Origin: Macrostomum lignano
Lineage: Eukaryota
Direction of reading: 5' to 3'
NCBI GenBank assembly: GCA_002269645.1
Contig: NIVC01001096.1
Span: 62,001-126,000, forward strand
Length of the DNA: 64,000 bases
Both the position numbers and the translations under genes were made by a program. Every line of letters begins with the position of its first letter. Position 1 is the stretch's first letter. Positions 12,803 to 26,245 of this stretch are shown here, piece by piece. The notes below the pieces were generated by a model. That model was not told where the DNA came from and did no database searches. It saw only the letters and a program-made list of their open reading frames with translations.

Positions 12803-14137
12803 CCCATATTTCGCAGTGCAATGAATCAAATCTCATGCTATGATTACAACTCTAAAATTATAGATCTGCTTATTATTACGTCACTGAATGGATAGAGCCT
12901 GGATTTATCTCGACTAGCCGCAGTTTTTTAATTTATTATCATCAAAATATTTTTCTCTGTTTTGCAAATCAAAGCTAATTTCCATCTGCTGCTGCTTACT
13001 GGGGTCGCCGTTGCCTCTGGCTGGTTGCCCTGTGTTGAATTCAATCTTTTTCTACATTTTTCTGGTTGCTGGGCCAGCCTCCCAGTATTCGCTGTATTTA
13101 TCGCCTAAGCAGAGCTTGATTTTTAATGATTAAGCAATGAAGATTATTATATTTTTAAAACTGTAATCTGGACCATTTAATACGTTGGTAATGCATTGCA
13201 TCTTCAAAAGTATTAATTATATATTTATATTGTTAATCAGCTTTTCCGTATTGCTTTTCAGTGCTTGTTGATTAGATTTAAAGCACTTTTGCCTTTGTGT
13301 ACCTGTGTTTATGTGGGTATTTGTGGGTCACACACCTGTGTTAATGCAGGTTTTCTTGTTTCACACACCTGTGGTTATAGAGACAAATCTATTTTTTTAA
13401 TAGTTTTCTAGTGTGCAATCAAATATTGCGGAGTCTGCATAGTGCATGTGTAAAATAGAGTTGCTGCTAGAGCCTGAATATTTTCACGTCTACACTTATT
13501 TATGAATTATAAGCAAATTATTTATAATAAAGCTGTTTATCTACCATGTACAATATTTACATCTAAGCATATCGACGTTTTTTCTACTTACTAACCGGAT
13601 TAGTAGTCATATATGCGTTCGATACTACTACTGGAAAAGAGTAATCGCCTAATTTAGTGTGTTTTATTGATTGTTATCTTGATTTTCTAAGAAACACTTT
13701 GGTTTAGTCGTAGTGGGGCTTGGGGCCCATTCCGCTGGCCCCTAAGTTTCAGGGTGTATGAAACATCCTATAATAATATTCTCTACTAACAGTAGGCTGT
13801 TGCGGACAGTTTGCCGTCTCGATCTCATTTTCAATCATGACCCACTCGGGGCAACTGTTAATTGAATAGGGTCGTCCCCTTCAAAGATTTTTCTCCCTTA
13901 GCTCTCGATTCAAGTGTGACTTGCACCTGGGCCTTCTCACTTGTCTTGTAGTCAGAACAGCTTTTTAATTAAACCCCCTGGAGCGCTGCATTGTTGGATT
14001 GAGCAGTATGCCTAATTAGAAGCGTATTTATATAATATCATAAGTCTTGGGGGTTGGTACATGTACTTTATGATTTGTCTGAAAGTTAATTTAGAGCCTT
14101 GACTACCGCCTTCATCAGTGCCATTGAAAATCAAAAT

Positions 14138-14715
14138 CGATATTGATTTTGGCGCCATTGGTATTGATTTTGGCGCCCATCGATACTGATTTTGGCGCCA
14201 TTAGTATGGATTTTGGCGCCCATCGATACTGATTTTGGCGCCATTGGTATTGATTTTGGCGCCCATCGATACTGATTTTGGCGCCCATCGATACTGATTT
14301 TGGCGCCATTAGTATGGATTTTGGCGCCCATCGATACTGATTTTGGCGCCATTGGTGTTGATTTTGGCGCCCATCGATACTGATTTTGGCGCCATTGGTA
14401 TTGATTTTGGCGCCATCGATACTGATTTTGGCGCCACCGATACAGATTTTGGCGCGATTGGTACTGATTTTTGCGCTATCGGTACTCATTTTTGCGCTAT
14501 CAATACTGATTTTGGCACCATCGATACAGATTTTGGCGCCATCGAAACTGATTTTGGCTCCATCGGTACAAATTTTGGCGCCATTGGTATTGATTTTAGC
14601 GCCAATCAATACTGATTTTGGCGCCATCGATACAGATTTTGGCGCCCATCAATACTGATTTTGGCGCCAATCGATACTGATTTTGGCGCCAATCGATACT
14701 GATTTTGGCGCCATC
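14138..14715. repeat. 21-22-bp minisatellite
   Basis: TTTTGGCGCCCATCGATACTGA / TTTTGGCGCCATTGGTATTGA units. Confidence 0.9.
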
Positions 14716-15411
14716 GGATTTTTTGAGAGAGACGTTTGGAAAGTTTTTGCGGCCTTCGAACCCTGTTGGACGCAGCGAAATACTTCGAAGAACAGATTTT
14801 ACAAACTTCACCTTCACTTGATTGCCGCAAAGCAAGAAGCAAAAATTTGCCTGGCCAAGCTGCCGGCACTGCGTTCTGTCACGGGTGGTCCCTGAGACCA
14901 CCTGAGCAGTCGTTGGTCTGAGAGTCTGAGACATTTCCCGCTCTCCCTTTACTAGATGAGAATAGACAAACTAACTTCTCCCACAGCTGACCAACGTTTA
15001 ACAACTATAAATTCCATAACTTCCCCTTTCTCCTTCATCTTTTCCTGTGTCTGTCCAGAATCTCGGTCTATCTAGTCTGCCCAATTATTGCTAAGCAGAA
15101 ATATATGACCTTAATAAAGTCGAATTCAAACTATGTGCAGCTGATCTTCTGTGTTTCCAAATCGAGTGAATTCTACTATAATATCTATCCAAGACTCGAG
15201 CTCTTTTTCAATTTTTGACCACCCAGATTGCTTGTAAAACTGACTGCTGCTCATTTTTCGTTTCTGTTGGTTTAGTTTGAGTCCATGTACTCTAATTTAC
15301 AGCTCGTATGCGCTGAATTTTGTTTTATTAGGAGACCAACACCTGTTACTTATTATTGTTGCTTCTAGACACAACCCTAAAACCAGTATGCCTGTGCCCC
15401 AGTGTCCAAAT

Positions 15412-16520
15412 TACTGACAGAACCCTGAAACAACTAATGACAAACAGATCCCTGAAGCACACAATGACTGACAGATCCCTAGAGCACCCAATGACTGACA
15501 GATCCCTGAAACACCCACTGACTGACAGATCCCTGAAGCACACAATGACTGACAGATCCCTGAAACACCCACTGACTGACAGATCCCTGAAGCACACAAT
15601 GACTGACAGATCCCTGAAGCACACAATGACTGACAGATCCCTGAAGCACACAATGACTGACAGATCCCTGAAGCACCCACTGACTAACAGATCCCTGGAG
15701 CACCCAATGACTGACAGATCCCTGGAGCACCCAATGACTGACAGATCCCTGAAACACCCAATGACTGACAGATCCCTGAAACACCCACTGACTGACAGAT
15801 CCCTGAAGCACCCAATGACTGACAGATCCCTGAAACACCCAATGACTGACATCCCTGAAACACCCAATGACTGACAGATCCCTGAAGCACCCAATGACTA
15901 ACAGATCCCTGAAGCACCCACTGACTAACAGATCCCTGGAGCACCCAATGACTGACAGATCCCTGGAGCACCCAATGACTGACAGATCCCTGAAACACCC
16001 ACTGACTGACAGATCCCTGAAACACCCACTGACTGACAGATCCCTGAAGCACACAATGACTGACAGATCCCTGAAGCACACAATGACTGACAGATCCCTG
16101 AAGCACACAATGACTGACAGATCCCTGGAGCACCCAATGACTGACAGATCCCTGAAACACCCAATGACTGACAGATCCCTGAAACACCCAATGACTGACA
16201 GATCCCTGAAGCACCCAATGACTAACAGATCCCTGAAGCACCCACTGACTAACAGATCCCAGAAACACCTACTGACTGACAGATCCCTGAAACACCCACT
16301 GACTGACAGATCCCTGAAACACCCACTGACTGACAGATCCCAGAAACACCCACTGACTGACAGATCCCTGAAACACCCACTGACTGACAGATCCCTGAAA
16401 CACCTAATGCAATGACTGACAGATCCCTGAAACACCTAATGCAATGACTGACAGATCCCAGAAACACCCACTGACTGACAGATCCCTGAAACACCTAATG
16501 CCTAACAGAGCCCTGAACCC
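15412..16520. repeat. 27-bp minisatellite
   Basis: Unit TGACTGACAGATCCCTGAAGCACACAA and variants. Confidence 0.95.
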
Positions 16521-17122
16521 AAGAGAAATGAACTATTTAAATAAAATCATTCATACTAGAAATGCTGTTTATACGGGCTGACCTCCCCTGTCATGTACCT
16601 ATACTAAAAATAGTATAGTTTTTATTACTAAAAAAAATAGTTTTTATTTTTTACTCTTAAATAAATGCATTTCTTGCGAGTTGTAGAAAATGTTTGTGAA
16701 TGTTGTGTTCAGAAAAAAGTGTGACAGCTAGTGAGCCAGTCAAGTTCCCTCAAACTGAGCCACACAAAGGCTGCCGTGTCAAATCTGAAATCCAGCGCCT
16801 CAATGCACCGTTTTGTGCGCGGTTGGTTGTGTGGATAATGGAAACTGGTTTGGTCTTTTCGCTGCTTCATGGCTTTCCATCGACACAGGAAATTTTGTTG
16901 AGAGTTCACTTCATTCGCCACCTTGCCAGTAGGGTGGGGCAGGGCTGTTGTTCCTTTCTTTCTTTCATTCAATCATTCATTCTTCGCTCACTTTTTTACT
17001 CCACTGGATTCTTCTGAATGGATTCCTTTCCAATGCGGCTGTCAACTGGCCCGGCACACTTTTGCCCGCATCGGATTCCGCTTCCGGTTTTGGCCCAAGG
17101 ACGCTTTGCAGGAGAATCTGGA

Positions 17123-17668
17123 GAGGAGGGGAGGGGAGAGAGGAAATAGGGGAAAGAGGAGAGAAGGGGGAGGTGAGTGGAGATGAGGGGAGAGAGGAGA
17201 GTGGGGAAAGGAGGGGAGAGAGGAGAGTGGGGAGAGGAAGGGAGAGGAGAGTGGGGAAAGGAGGGGAGAGAGGAGAGTGGGGAAAGGAGGGGAGAGAGGA
17301 GAGTGGGGAAAGGAGGGGAGAGAGGAGAGTGGGGAGAGGAGGGGAAGAGGAGAGTGGGGAGAGGAGGGGAGAGAGAAGAGTGGGGAGAAGAGGGGAGAGA
17401 GGAGAATGGGGAGAGGAGAGTGGGGAGAGGAGGGGAGAGAGGAGAGTGGGGAGAGGAGAGTGGGGAGAGGAGGGGAGAGAGGAGAATGGGGAGAGGAGGG
17501 GAGAGAGGAGAATGGGGAGAGGAGAGTGGGGAGAGGAGGGGAGAGAGGAGAGTGGGGAGAGGAGGGGAGAGAGGAGAATGGGGAGAGGAGGGGAGAGAGG
17601 AGAGTGGGGAGAGAGAAGAGTGGGGAGAAAAGGGGAGAGAGGAGAGAGGGAAGAGGAGGGGAGAGAGA
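17123..17668. repeat. Purine-rich (GGAGA/GGGGAGA) low-complexity repeat
   Basis: Almost pure A/G on the + strand with occasional T. Confidence 0.9.
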
Positions 17669-18619
17669 GCTGAGAAAAGAGACACAAACCTTAAGCCGGC
17701 CGGATTGTGAAGTTTTAAAGAACCCGAGGGTCGGATGGACAGAGGCTTCACCGGCCGGAGTTGGCTGACCCTGCAGGTTTAGAAATTAGACCCCCAGGAG
17801 AGATGGCGTATTGTCCATGTACGATAAGTGCTGCATGTCAAGAATATTTCATTGATTTAGCTCTCACAAAACCTCCGTGCGCGGATTTTCGTGCGCTTCA
17901 CAGCCTGACGATTAGAAAGGCAAATGGGGTGAATGGAAAGCTTCTCTTATCAGAGTCACAGTTTGGGAAACGAGTTTGGGCAATCCAGATTCTCTGTTCA
18001 CGGCCTCCTTGACTTGGCTTTACCCGCAACTGGAGGCAGCAAAAGAGGTGAAGGTGAAAACCCCCGGATCTCGTTTTTCCTCTCCTTCTCTTTCTCCGCT
18101 GCCTCCTACCTCTCTCCCCTTCTCTCCTCTGTTCTCTCGGAAGTGAATGAAAGGTGCCGGAGGCCCCCTCCGTTTCTCGGCAAATCAAAAAATTGAAAGG
18201 CGTCTAAACTTGTCAAAAAGCCATCAAACTGGGCGTGTATCCATCCCCCCTTCTCTCCTCCAGTTTCCCCCATTCTCGTGATAATTTCTTTGACGCGGCG
18301 GCTCAACTCAGCACTGGCGGTGGATCGCTTCTTTCCCTGTGATTGATGAATCCTCCCAGCCTCTGCTGCTCGCAGTGGCAGCCTAGTAGATTGATCGGAT
18401 TGCATAAGGGAGGATTTATATGAAGCTACCTTATTCCTCCGAAGCCGCAGGTGCAACGGCGCACTTCAAGTTGTTTACTGAATTGTAGCCTGAGTGTCAC
18501 ACTGTGTCTGACTGGCTCTGGCCTCCGGGGTTTAGGCTGCTGCTGTCACACCACTGCCCCTGGTGTGAGCAGTCCAGCCTCATCACCGCTCTCCATCTTC
18601 GCTGTCTTCTCAGTCTTCA

Positions 18620-19360
18620 CACTCTCATCTCACTCTCTTCTCACTCTCTTCTCTCACTCTCTTCTCTTCTCTCATACACTCTTCTCACTGGCGTCTCACT
18701 CTCTTCTCCCACTCTCACTCTCTTCTCTTCTCTCACACACTCTTCTCACTGGCGTCTCACTCTCTTCTCCCACTCTCACTCTCTTCTCTTCTCTCACACA
18801 CTCTTCTCACTGGCGTCTCACTCTCTTCTCTTCTCTCACACACTCTTCTCACTGGCGTCTCACTCTCTTCTCCCACTCTCACTCTCTTCTCTTCTCTCAC
18901 ACACTCTTCTCACTGGCGTCTCACTCTCTTCTCCCACTCTCACTCTCTTCTCTTCTCTCACACACTCTTCTCACTGGCGTCTCACTCTCTTCTCCCACTC
19001 TCACTCTCTTCTCTTCTCTCACACACTCTTCTCACTGGCGTCTCACTCTCTTCTCCCACTCTCACTCTCTTCTCTTCTCTCACACACTCTTCTCACTGGC
19101 GTCTCACTCTCTTCTCCCACTCTCACTCTCCTCTCTCACTCTCCTCTCTTCTCACTGGCGTCTCACTCTCTTCTACCACTCTCACTCTTCTCTCACACTC
19201 TCTCCTCACTGGCGTCTCACTCTCTTCTCTCATTCTCACTCTCTCTTCTCACTGGCGTCTCACTCTCTTCTCTCATTCTCACTCTTCTCTCACTTCAATC
19301 TCTTCTCACTCTTATCTCTCACTCTTCTCTATCTCATCTCACTCCCTTCCCTCACTCGCT
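18620..19360. repeat. CT-rich 61-bp minisatellite with CACTGGCGTCTCAC core
   Basis: A 61-bp period is visible (18901 vs 18962), degenerating at both ends. Confidence 0.9.
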
Positions 19361-20039
19361 CTCCTCTTATCAAAAATTGCACCGTCTCCAATATTTCAGC
19401 ATTCCATTTTTGAAAGCAATAGCTACTGTAGGTCGTTCAAACGAAAAACAATACACAATATGATCTCTACACGTAAGCCAAGCCCTAGTTTTTCTAGTGA
19501 GTAATCATGAGGGAATTCTCTAGAGATTGTAGAGTTATTGTGTCAGCAAGATGTGCCCTCAGGGTGGGGAGGGAGAGAACAGCCGGATACAGAAGGCTCC
19601 AAGAAAGAAATCCAAGGAAATCCCACTTTACGATCAGTGCGCAAGCGTCACCTTTATACTCATTCACTACACAGCTATTCGAATGTCAGAGCTATGCTCA
19701 TATTTTTAATTGTCTCAGTCTGGTAATGAGGCGCCCAACCTCGCATGGTGGTCAGCGGAGCCCCTCTGCCACCCCTTCAAACCCAATTAGTGGACAAAAA
19801 ACCGCCTCTTCTTTCGCTTCCCCTCGATTCGCTTTGGCGGAAGTGGCTGGGTATTGAGCTGCTCGTGTCGTCTCAACAGCCCTGCAACTCAACCACTCAA
19901 CCCTCTGCTGCAAAAATTGGAATTCGCTGCATGCATTTTTCCCGAGTTGTTGCTGGGTTTCTTTCTGTTAGTTCTCCTCTGCGTCTGACTGACCCCTGTC
20001 TGTGTCAGAAGTCAGATGGTCAATGTCTGATGGTTGTGA

Positions 20040-20995
20040 CTGAGGCTGGGGCTAATGTCTGTGTCAGATGGCTGGGGCTAATGTCTGTGTCAGATGGCTG
20101 GGGCGAATGTCTGTGTCAGATGGCTGGGGCTAATGTCTGTGTCAGATGGCTGGGGCTAATGTCTGTGTCAGATGGCTGGGGCGAATGTCTGTGTCAGATG
20201 GCTGGGGCGAATGTGTGGGTCAGATGATGAGGCCAATGTCTGTGTCAGATGGCTGGGGCGAATGTCTGTGTCAGATGGCTGGGGCGAATGTCTGTGTCAG
20301 ATGGCTGGGGCGAATGTCTGTGTCAGATGGCTGGGGCGAATGTCTGTGTCAGATGGCTGGGGCCAATGTCTGTGTCAGATGGCTGGGGCGAATGTCTGTG
20401 TCAGATGGCTGGGGCGAATGTCTGTGTCAGATGGCTGGGGCCAATGTCTGTGTCAGATGGCTGGGGCCAATGTCTGTGTCAGATGGCTGGGGCGAATGTC
20501 TGTGTCAGATGGCTGGGGCGAATGTGTGGGTCAGATGATGAGGCCAATGTCTGTGTCAGATGGCTGGGGCCAATGTCTGTGTCAGATTGCTGGGGCTAAT
20601 GTCTGTGTCAGATGGCTGGGGCGAATGTCTGTGTCAGATGGCTGGGGCCAATGTCTGTGTCAGATGGCTGGGGCGAATGTCTGTGTCAGATGGCTGGGGC
20701 CAATGTCTGTGTCAGATGGTGAGGCGAATGTGTGGGTCAAATGGCTGGGGCGAATGTGTGGGTCAGATGATGAGGCCAATGTCTGTGTCAGATGGCTGGG
20801 GCTAATGTCTGTGTCAGATGGCTGGGGCGAATGTCTGTGTCAGATGGCTGGGGCCAATGTCTGTGTCAGATGGCTGGGGCCAATGTCTGTCAGATGGCTG
20901 GGGCGAATGTCTGTGTCAGATGGTGAGGCGAATGTGTGGGTCAGATGGTGAGGCGAATGTGTGGGTCAGATGGTGAGGCCAATATCTGTGTCAGA
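20040..20995 (+). repeat. 26-bp minisatellite (TGTGTCAGAT family)
   Basis: Unit GGCTGGGGCGAATGTCTGTGTCAGAT. The same family occurs inverted at 44390-44770 and 58334-58465. Confidence 0.95.
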
Positions 20996-21404
20996 TTGTG
21001 TGGCTGGTGTCTGTTGGGCATACGAGACAACTATGGTCAACATGGACTCAACACTGCCGTACGGCAGTTTACATCAGCCATAAATCATTCCTCTACAATT
21101 AGAAACGAACTCTTATTTGGCATCGCAATTGTTCGCATACCTCTGCCTGAACTCGGGCTGAGCACACTTTCTCTGCTTTGAGTTTCCAGCCAGGCCACTG
21201 CAGCAATTGGCCCCTATTGTTTCTAAACTGCATCAGTTGTCGTTATTCATTACCTGGAATTTCATTTATGAAGCGAACTCCATGCATCTGTCTGACCAAT
21301 TCGATGCTCAGCCCGAGTAAGACGCTTAGGCGCCAAAAAGAGACACAGAGACCGAGGACCGCAATACGGGATAATTAAATATAATGGGCGGGCACCACTT
21401 GTCT

Positions 21405-21440
<36 letters not shown>
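21405..21440. repeat. (CT)n microsatellite
   Basis: Direct reading. Confidence 0.9.
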
Positions 21441-21448
<8 letters not shown>

Positions 21449-21967
21449 TGCAGCTTAAAATCGCTGAAACGGTTAGCCAGACTGTTATCTCTTGAGCAGA
21501 TCTCTGTCTCTCCCTCGTTCTCTCGACTCTGCTCTGCTTTACTCATAGACCGGCGCTGCATCAGTCTGTAGCATATAGGCCATTCTAGCTAGCCTTTCTC
21601 TTTTCTAGGAATCTCTCGAGAGCTTAGCTGCGAGTAGAGACTGTGTTTCACTGCTTTAACTTCTTGTCTGCATTTAAAGCTGCTCAAGTTTTTCAGTCTC
21701 TCCCAGTGGCCAGTATGGCGCTTTTTATTGTGAGCAGTTATAGGCTTTTTACCTGTTGGCGGGCTGCCCGTCTCTTCTAACCTTACCGTACGGGTACGGT
21801 GACACAGGTGCTAAATACAGAACATTGGAATTATACTTATAACCCAGACAGACACATCGCCTGTTTCTCAAATGGGCAGCTCATGACTTGTGTGGCAGCT
21901 GCGTTATACAGTGATGTAGCCAGTGACTTCATTGGGGGCTACAAGCACCATTTCATAATTATATAAA

Positions 21968-22315
21968 CGCCATTTCATCACTCTTTAAGCGCCATTTCAT
22001 CATTCTATAGTCGGCAGTTCATTATTCTATAAGCGCCATTTCATCATTCTATAAGCGCCATTTCATCAGTCTATAAGCGCCATTTTATCAGTCTATAAGC
22101 GCCATTTTATCAGTCTATAAGCGCCATTTCATCAGTCTATAAGCGCCATTTTATCAGTCTATAAGCGCCATTTCATCAGTCTATAAGCGCCATTTTATCA
22201 GTCTATAAGCGCCATTTCATCAGTCTATAAGCGCCATTTTATCAGTCTATGAGCGCCATTTTATCAGTCTAAGGTGCTATCAGCCTATTTTATCAGTCTT
22301 TAAGCGCCATTTCAT
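21968..22315. repeat. 22-bp minisatellite
   Basis: Unit TAAGCGCCATTT(C/T)ATCAGTCTA. Confidence 0.9.
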
Positions 22316-23029
22316 TACTCTATAACAGATCACTGTTAAACCATGAGGCATGAGAGTTGGTTGCAGGCAAGAAAATATTGCTTAATTTCATGTTCAAAGC
22401 GAAGCACGCGGAAGTGGTGAAAAAATGAATTTGAGACTCCGCGCCCATTACAAAGGCCGCGTCGGTCTGCATGGGAGGAGCGACTGACAATCAATGTGGT
22501 TGCAGGTGCAGAGCAGCAGGCGGAAGCGATGGTAAGAATGGCAATTCTTATACACATTCTCTGATCTCTGAGCGATGAAGCTAAAATCTCCTTTCAGAAT
22601 GCTCTTCTGGTGGGCGGTACAACCGAAAATTCCCCTTAAATACCCCACAGTCTCTACACAAAAAGGAGCAAGGGACAGACTGCATCGGCTTCCGAAAAAA
22701 CAGGGCTTGGTGCACAATGCCAGTTAACAACAACGGGCTTATGAAAAAGTGTTTTGAGTTGTCTGCGGCACCGCGCTGGAGCTCTTTCTGAGATCTCGTT
22801 TGGTGGGAGGGGGTGTCCGGCGTCTTCATCCTGAGTTCCTGGGGACTTGACTGAACTGTTAGGAGTAGAAATAAGTGGGGAAAAATGAATTGCCGCTTTT
22901 TCTGCGCTCAATCGCTGGATAGATTGAAGCTGCTTTATGTGTATAACTTGATTAGCTAGTAGTGATCTCCATCGTGCTAGTCTGGTGGGAGAGAAAAAGA
23001 GGAAAAGAAAGGTAGAGTGGGAGATAGGA

Positions 23030-25120
23030 GACGGGGTGAGAGGGAGATGGGAGACGGCGGTGAGAGGGAGATGGGAGACGGCGGTGAGAGGGAGATGGGA
23101 GACGGCGGTGAGAGGGAGATGGGAGACGGCTGTGTGAGGGAGATGGGAGACGGCGGTGAGAGGGAGATGGGAGACGGCGGTGAGAGGGAGATGGGAGACG
23201 GCGGTGAGAGGGAGATGGGAGACGGCTGTGTGAGGGAGATGGGAGACGGCTGTGTGAGGGAGATGGGAGACGGCTGTGTGAGGGAGATGGGAGACGGCGG
23301 TGAGAGGGAGATGGGAGACGGCGGTGAGAGGGAGAAGGGAGACGGCGGTGAGAGGGAGATGGGAGACGGCGGTGAGAGGGAGATGGGAGACGGCGGTGAG
23401 AGGGAGATGGGAGACGGCTGTGTGAGGGAGATGGGAGACGGCGGTGAGAGGGAGATGGGAGACGGCGGTGAGAGGGAGATGGGAGACGGCGGTGAGAGGG
23501 AGATGGGAGACGGCGGTGAGAGGAAGATGGGAGACGGCTGTGTGAGGGAGATGGGAGACGGCTGTGTGAGGGAGATGGGAGACGGCGGTGAGAGGGAGAT
23601 GGGAGACGGCGGTGAGAGGGAGATGGGAGACGGCGGTGAGAGGGAGATGGGAGACGGCTGTGTGAGGGAGATGGGAGACGGCTGTGTGAGGGAGATGGGA
23701 GACGGCGGTGAGAGGGAGATGGGAGACGGCGGTGTGAGGGAGATGGGAGACGGCGGTGAGAGGGAGATGGGAGACGGCGGTGAGAGGGAGATGGGAGACG
23801 GCGGTGAGAGGGAGATGGGAGACGGCGGTGAGAGGGAGATGGGAGACGGCTGTGTGAGGGAGATGGGAGACGGCGGTGAGAGGGAGATGGGAGACGGCTG
23901 TGTGAGGGAGATGGGAGACGGCGGTGAGAGGGAGATGGGAGACGGCGGTGTGAGGGAGATGGGAGACGGCGGTGAGAGGGAGATGGGAGACGGCTGTGTG
24001 AGGGAGATGGGAGACGGCGGTGAGAGGGAGATGGGAGACGGCTGTGTGAGGGAGATGGGAGACGGCGGTGAGAGGGAGATGGGAGACGGCGGTGAGAGGG
24101 AGATGGGAGACGGCGGTGAGAGGGAGATGGGAGACGGCGGTGAGAGGGAGATGGGAGACGGCGGTGAGAGGGAGATGGGAGACGGCGGTGAGAGGGAGAT
24201 GGGAGACGGCTGTGTGAGGGAGATGGGAGACGGCGGTGAGAGGGAGATGGGAGACGGCTGTGTGAGGGAGATGGGAGACGGCGGTGTGAGGGAGATGGGA
24301 GACGGCGGTGAGAGGGAGATGGGAGACGGCTGTGTGAGGGAGATGGGAGACGGCGGTGAGAGGGAGATGGGAGACGGCTGTGTGAGGGAGATGGGAGACG
24401 GCGGTGAGAGGGAGATGGGAGACGGCGGTGAGAGGGAGATGGGAGACGGCGGTGAGAGGGAGATGGGAGACGGCGGTGAGAGGGAGATGGGAGACGGCGG
24501 TGAGAGGGAGATGGGAGACGGCGGTGAGAGGGAGATGGGAGACGGCGGTGAGAGGGAGATGGGAGACGGCTGTGTGAGGGAGATGGGAGACGGCGGTGAG
24601 AGGGAGATGGGAGACGGCGGTGAGAGGGAGATGGGAGACGGCGGTGAGAGGGAGATGGGAGACGGCTGTGTGAGGGAGATGGGAGACGGCTGTGTGAGGG
24701 AGATGGGAGACGGCTGTGTGAGGGAGATGGGAGAAGGCGGTGAGAGGGAGATGGGAGACGGCGGTGTGAGGGAGATGGGAGACGGCGGTGAGAGGGAGAT
24801 GGGAAACGGCGGTGAGAGGGAGATGGGAGACGGCGGTGAGAGGGAGATGGGAGACGGCTGTGTGAGGGAGATGGGAGACGGCGGTGAGAGGGAGATGGGA
24901 GACGGCTGTGTGAGGGAGATGGGAGACGGCTGTGTGAGGGAGATGGGAGACGGCTGTGTGAGGGAGATGGGAGACGGCTGTGTGAGGGAGATGGGAGACG
25001 GCTGTGTGAGGGAGATGGGAGACGGCTGTGTGAGGGAGATGGGAGACGGCGGTGAGAGGGAGATGGGAGACGGCGGTGTGAGGGAGATGGGAGACGGCGG
25101 TGAGAGGGAGATGGGAGTGA
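23030..25120. repeat. 24-bp G-rich minisatellite, about 86 copies, two interspersed variants
   Basis: GGGAGATGGGAGACGGCGGTGAGA vs GGGAGATGGGAGACGGCTGTGTGA; it produces the spurious 710-aa ORF. Confidence 0.95.
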
Positions 25121-25401
25121 TGGGAATGAGACGGGAAGAAAGGTTATAGAGAGGTGCCTGGACTCTCAGAGAGCAATATGTTTTGCATTGATCAGTTTAA
25201 CAGGGTCAGGCGGGCTGGTCTGACACAATCTCCCAATCTATGGAACCACCGAAGCGTGGAGATTTTTTAAACGCAGAACTTGAGTAAAGAAATGCACCTG
25301 CTGTAGATTAACAGAAACCAACCTTGAGTTTGTATAGTGTCCAGTGCTTTTGCCTCTAGCTTTAAATTTCCTTCACAGATTCATTTACGACTCGTATGCT
25401 A

Positions 25402-26245
25402 TCGCCCCTGAGTCTCTCACCCGTCATCAAATCACCCCTGAGTCTCTCACCCGTCATCAAGTCGCCCCTGAGTCTCTCACCCGTCATCAAGTCGCCCCTG
25501 AGTCTCTCACCCGTCATCAAGTCACCCCTGAGTCTCTCACCTGTCATCAAATCACCCCTGAGTCTATCACCTGTCATCAAATCACCCCTGAGTCTCTCAC
25601 CTATCATCAAATCACCCCTGAGTCTCTCACCTGTCATCAAATCACCCCTGAGTCTCTCACCTGTCATCAAATCACCCCTGAGTCTCTCACCTGTCATCAA
25701 ATCACCCCTGAGTCTTTCACCTGTCATCAAATCACCCCTGAGTCTCTCACCTGTCATCAAATCACCCCTGAGTCTCTCACCCGTCATCAAGTCGCCCCTG
25801 AGTCTCTCACCCGTCATCAAGTCACCCCTGAGTCTCTCACCTGTCATCAAATCACCCCTGAGTCTATCACCTGTCATCAAATCACCCCTGAGTCTCTCAC
25901 CTGTCATCAAATCACCCCTGAGTCTCTCACCTGTCATCAAATCACCCCTGAGTCTCTCACCTGTCATCAAATCACCCCTGAGTCTCTCACCTGTCATCAA
26001 ATCACCCCTGAGTCTCCCACCTGTCATCAAATCACCCCTGAGTCTCTCACCTGTCATCAAATCACCCCTGAGTCTCTCACCTGTCATCAAATCACCCCTG
26101 AGTCTCTCACCTGTCATCAAATCGCCCCTGAGTCTCTCACCTGTCAATAAATCGCCCCTGAGTCTCTCACCTGTCTTCAAATCGCCCCCCCTGAGTCTCT
26201 CATCTGTCATCAAATCGCCCCTGAGTCTCTCACCTGTCAATAAAT
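25402..26245. repeat. 30-bp minisatellite
   Basis: Unit CCCCTGAGTCTCTCACCTGTCATCAAATCA. Confidence 0.95.

Noticed and set aside
14116-14871. Possible MITE bounded by CAGTGCC/GGCACTG around the 21-bp repeat
   Set aside because: Only a 7-bp inverted match and no target-site duplication.
12073-20951. Numerous 150-320-aa ORFs in several frames and on both strands
   Set aside because: They coincide with 28-, 21/22-, 27-, purine-, 61- and 26-bp tandem repeats, and the peptide periodicity equals the DNA unit length.
23017-25149. 710-aa ORF (EMGDGGER)n
   Set aside because: Pure 24-bp minisatellite lacking a stop in one frame; GTG start, no non-repetitive domain or splice support.
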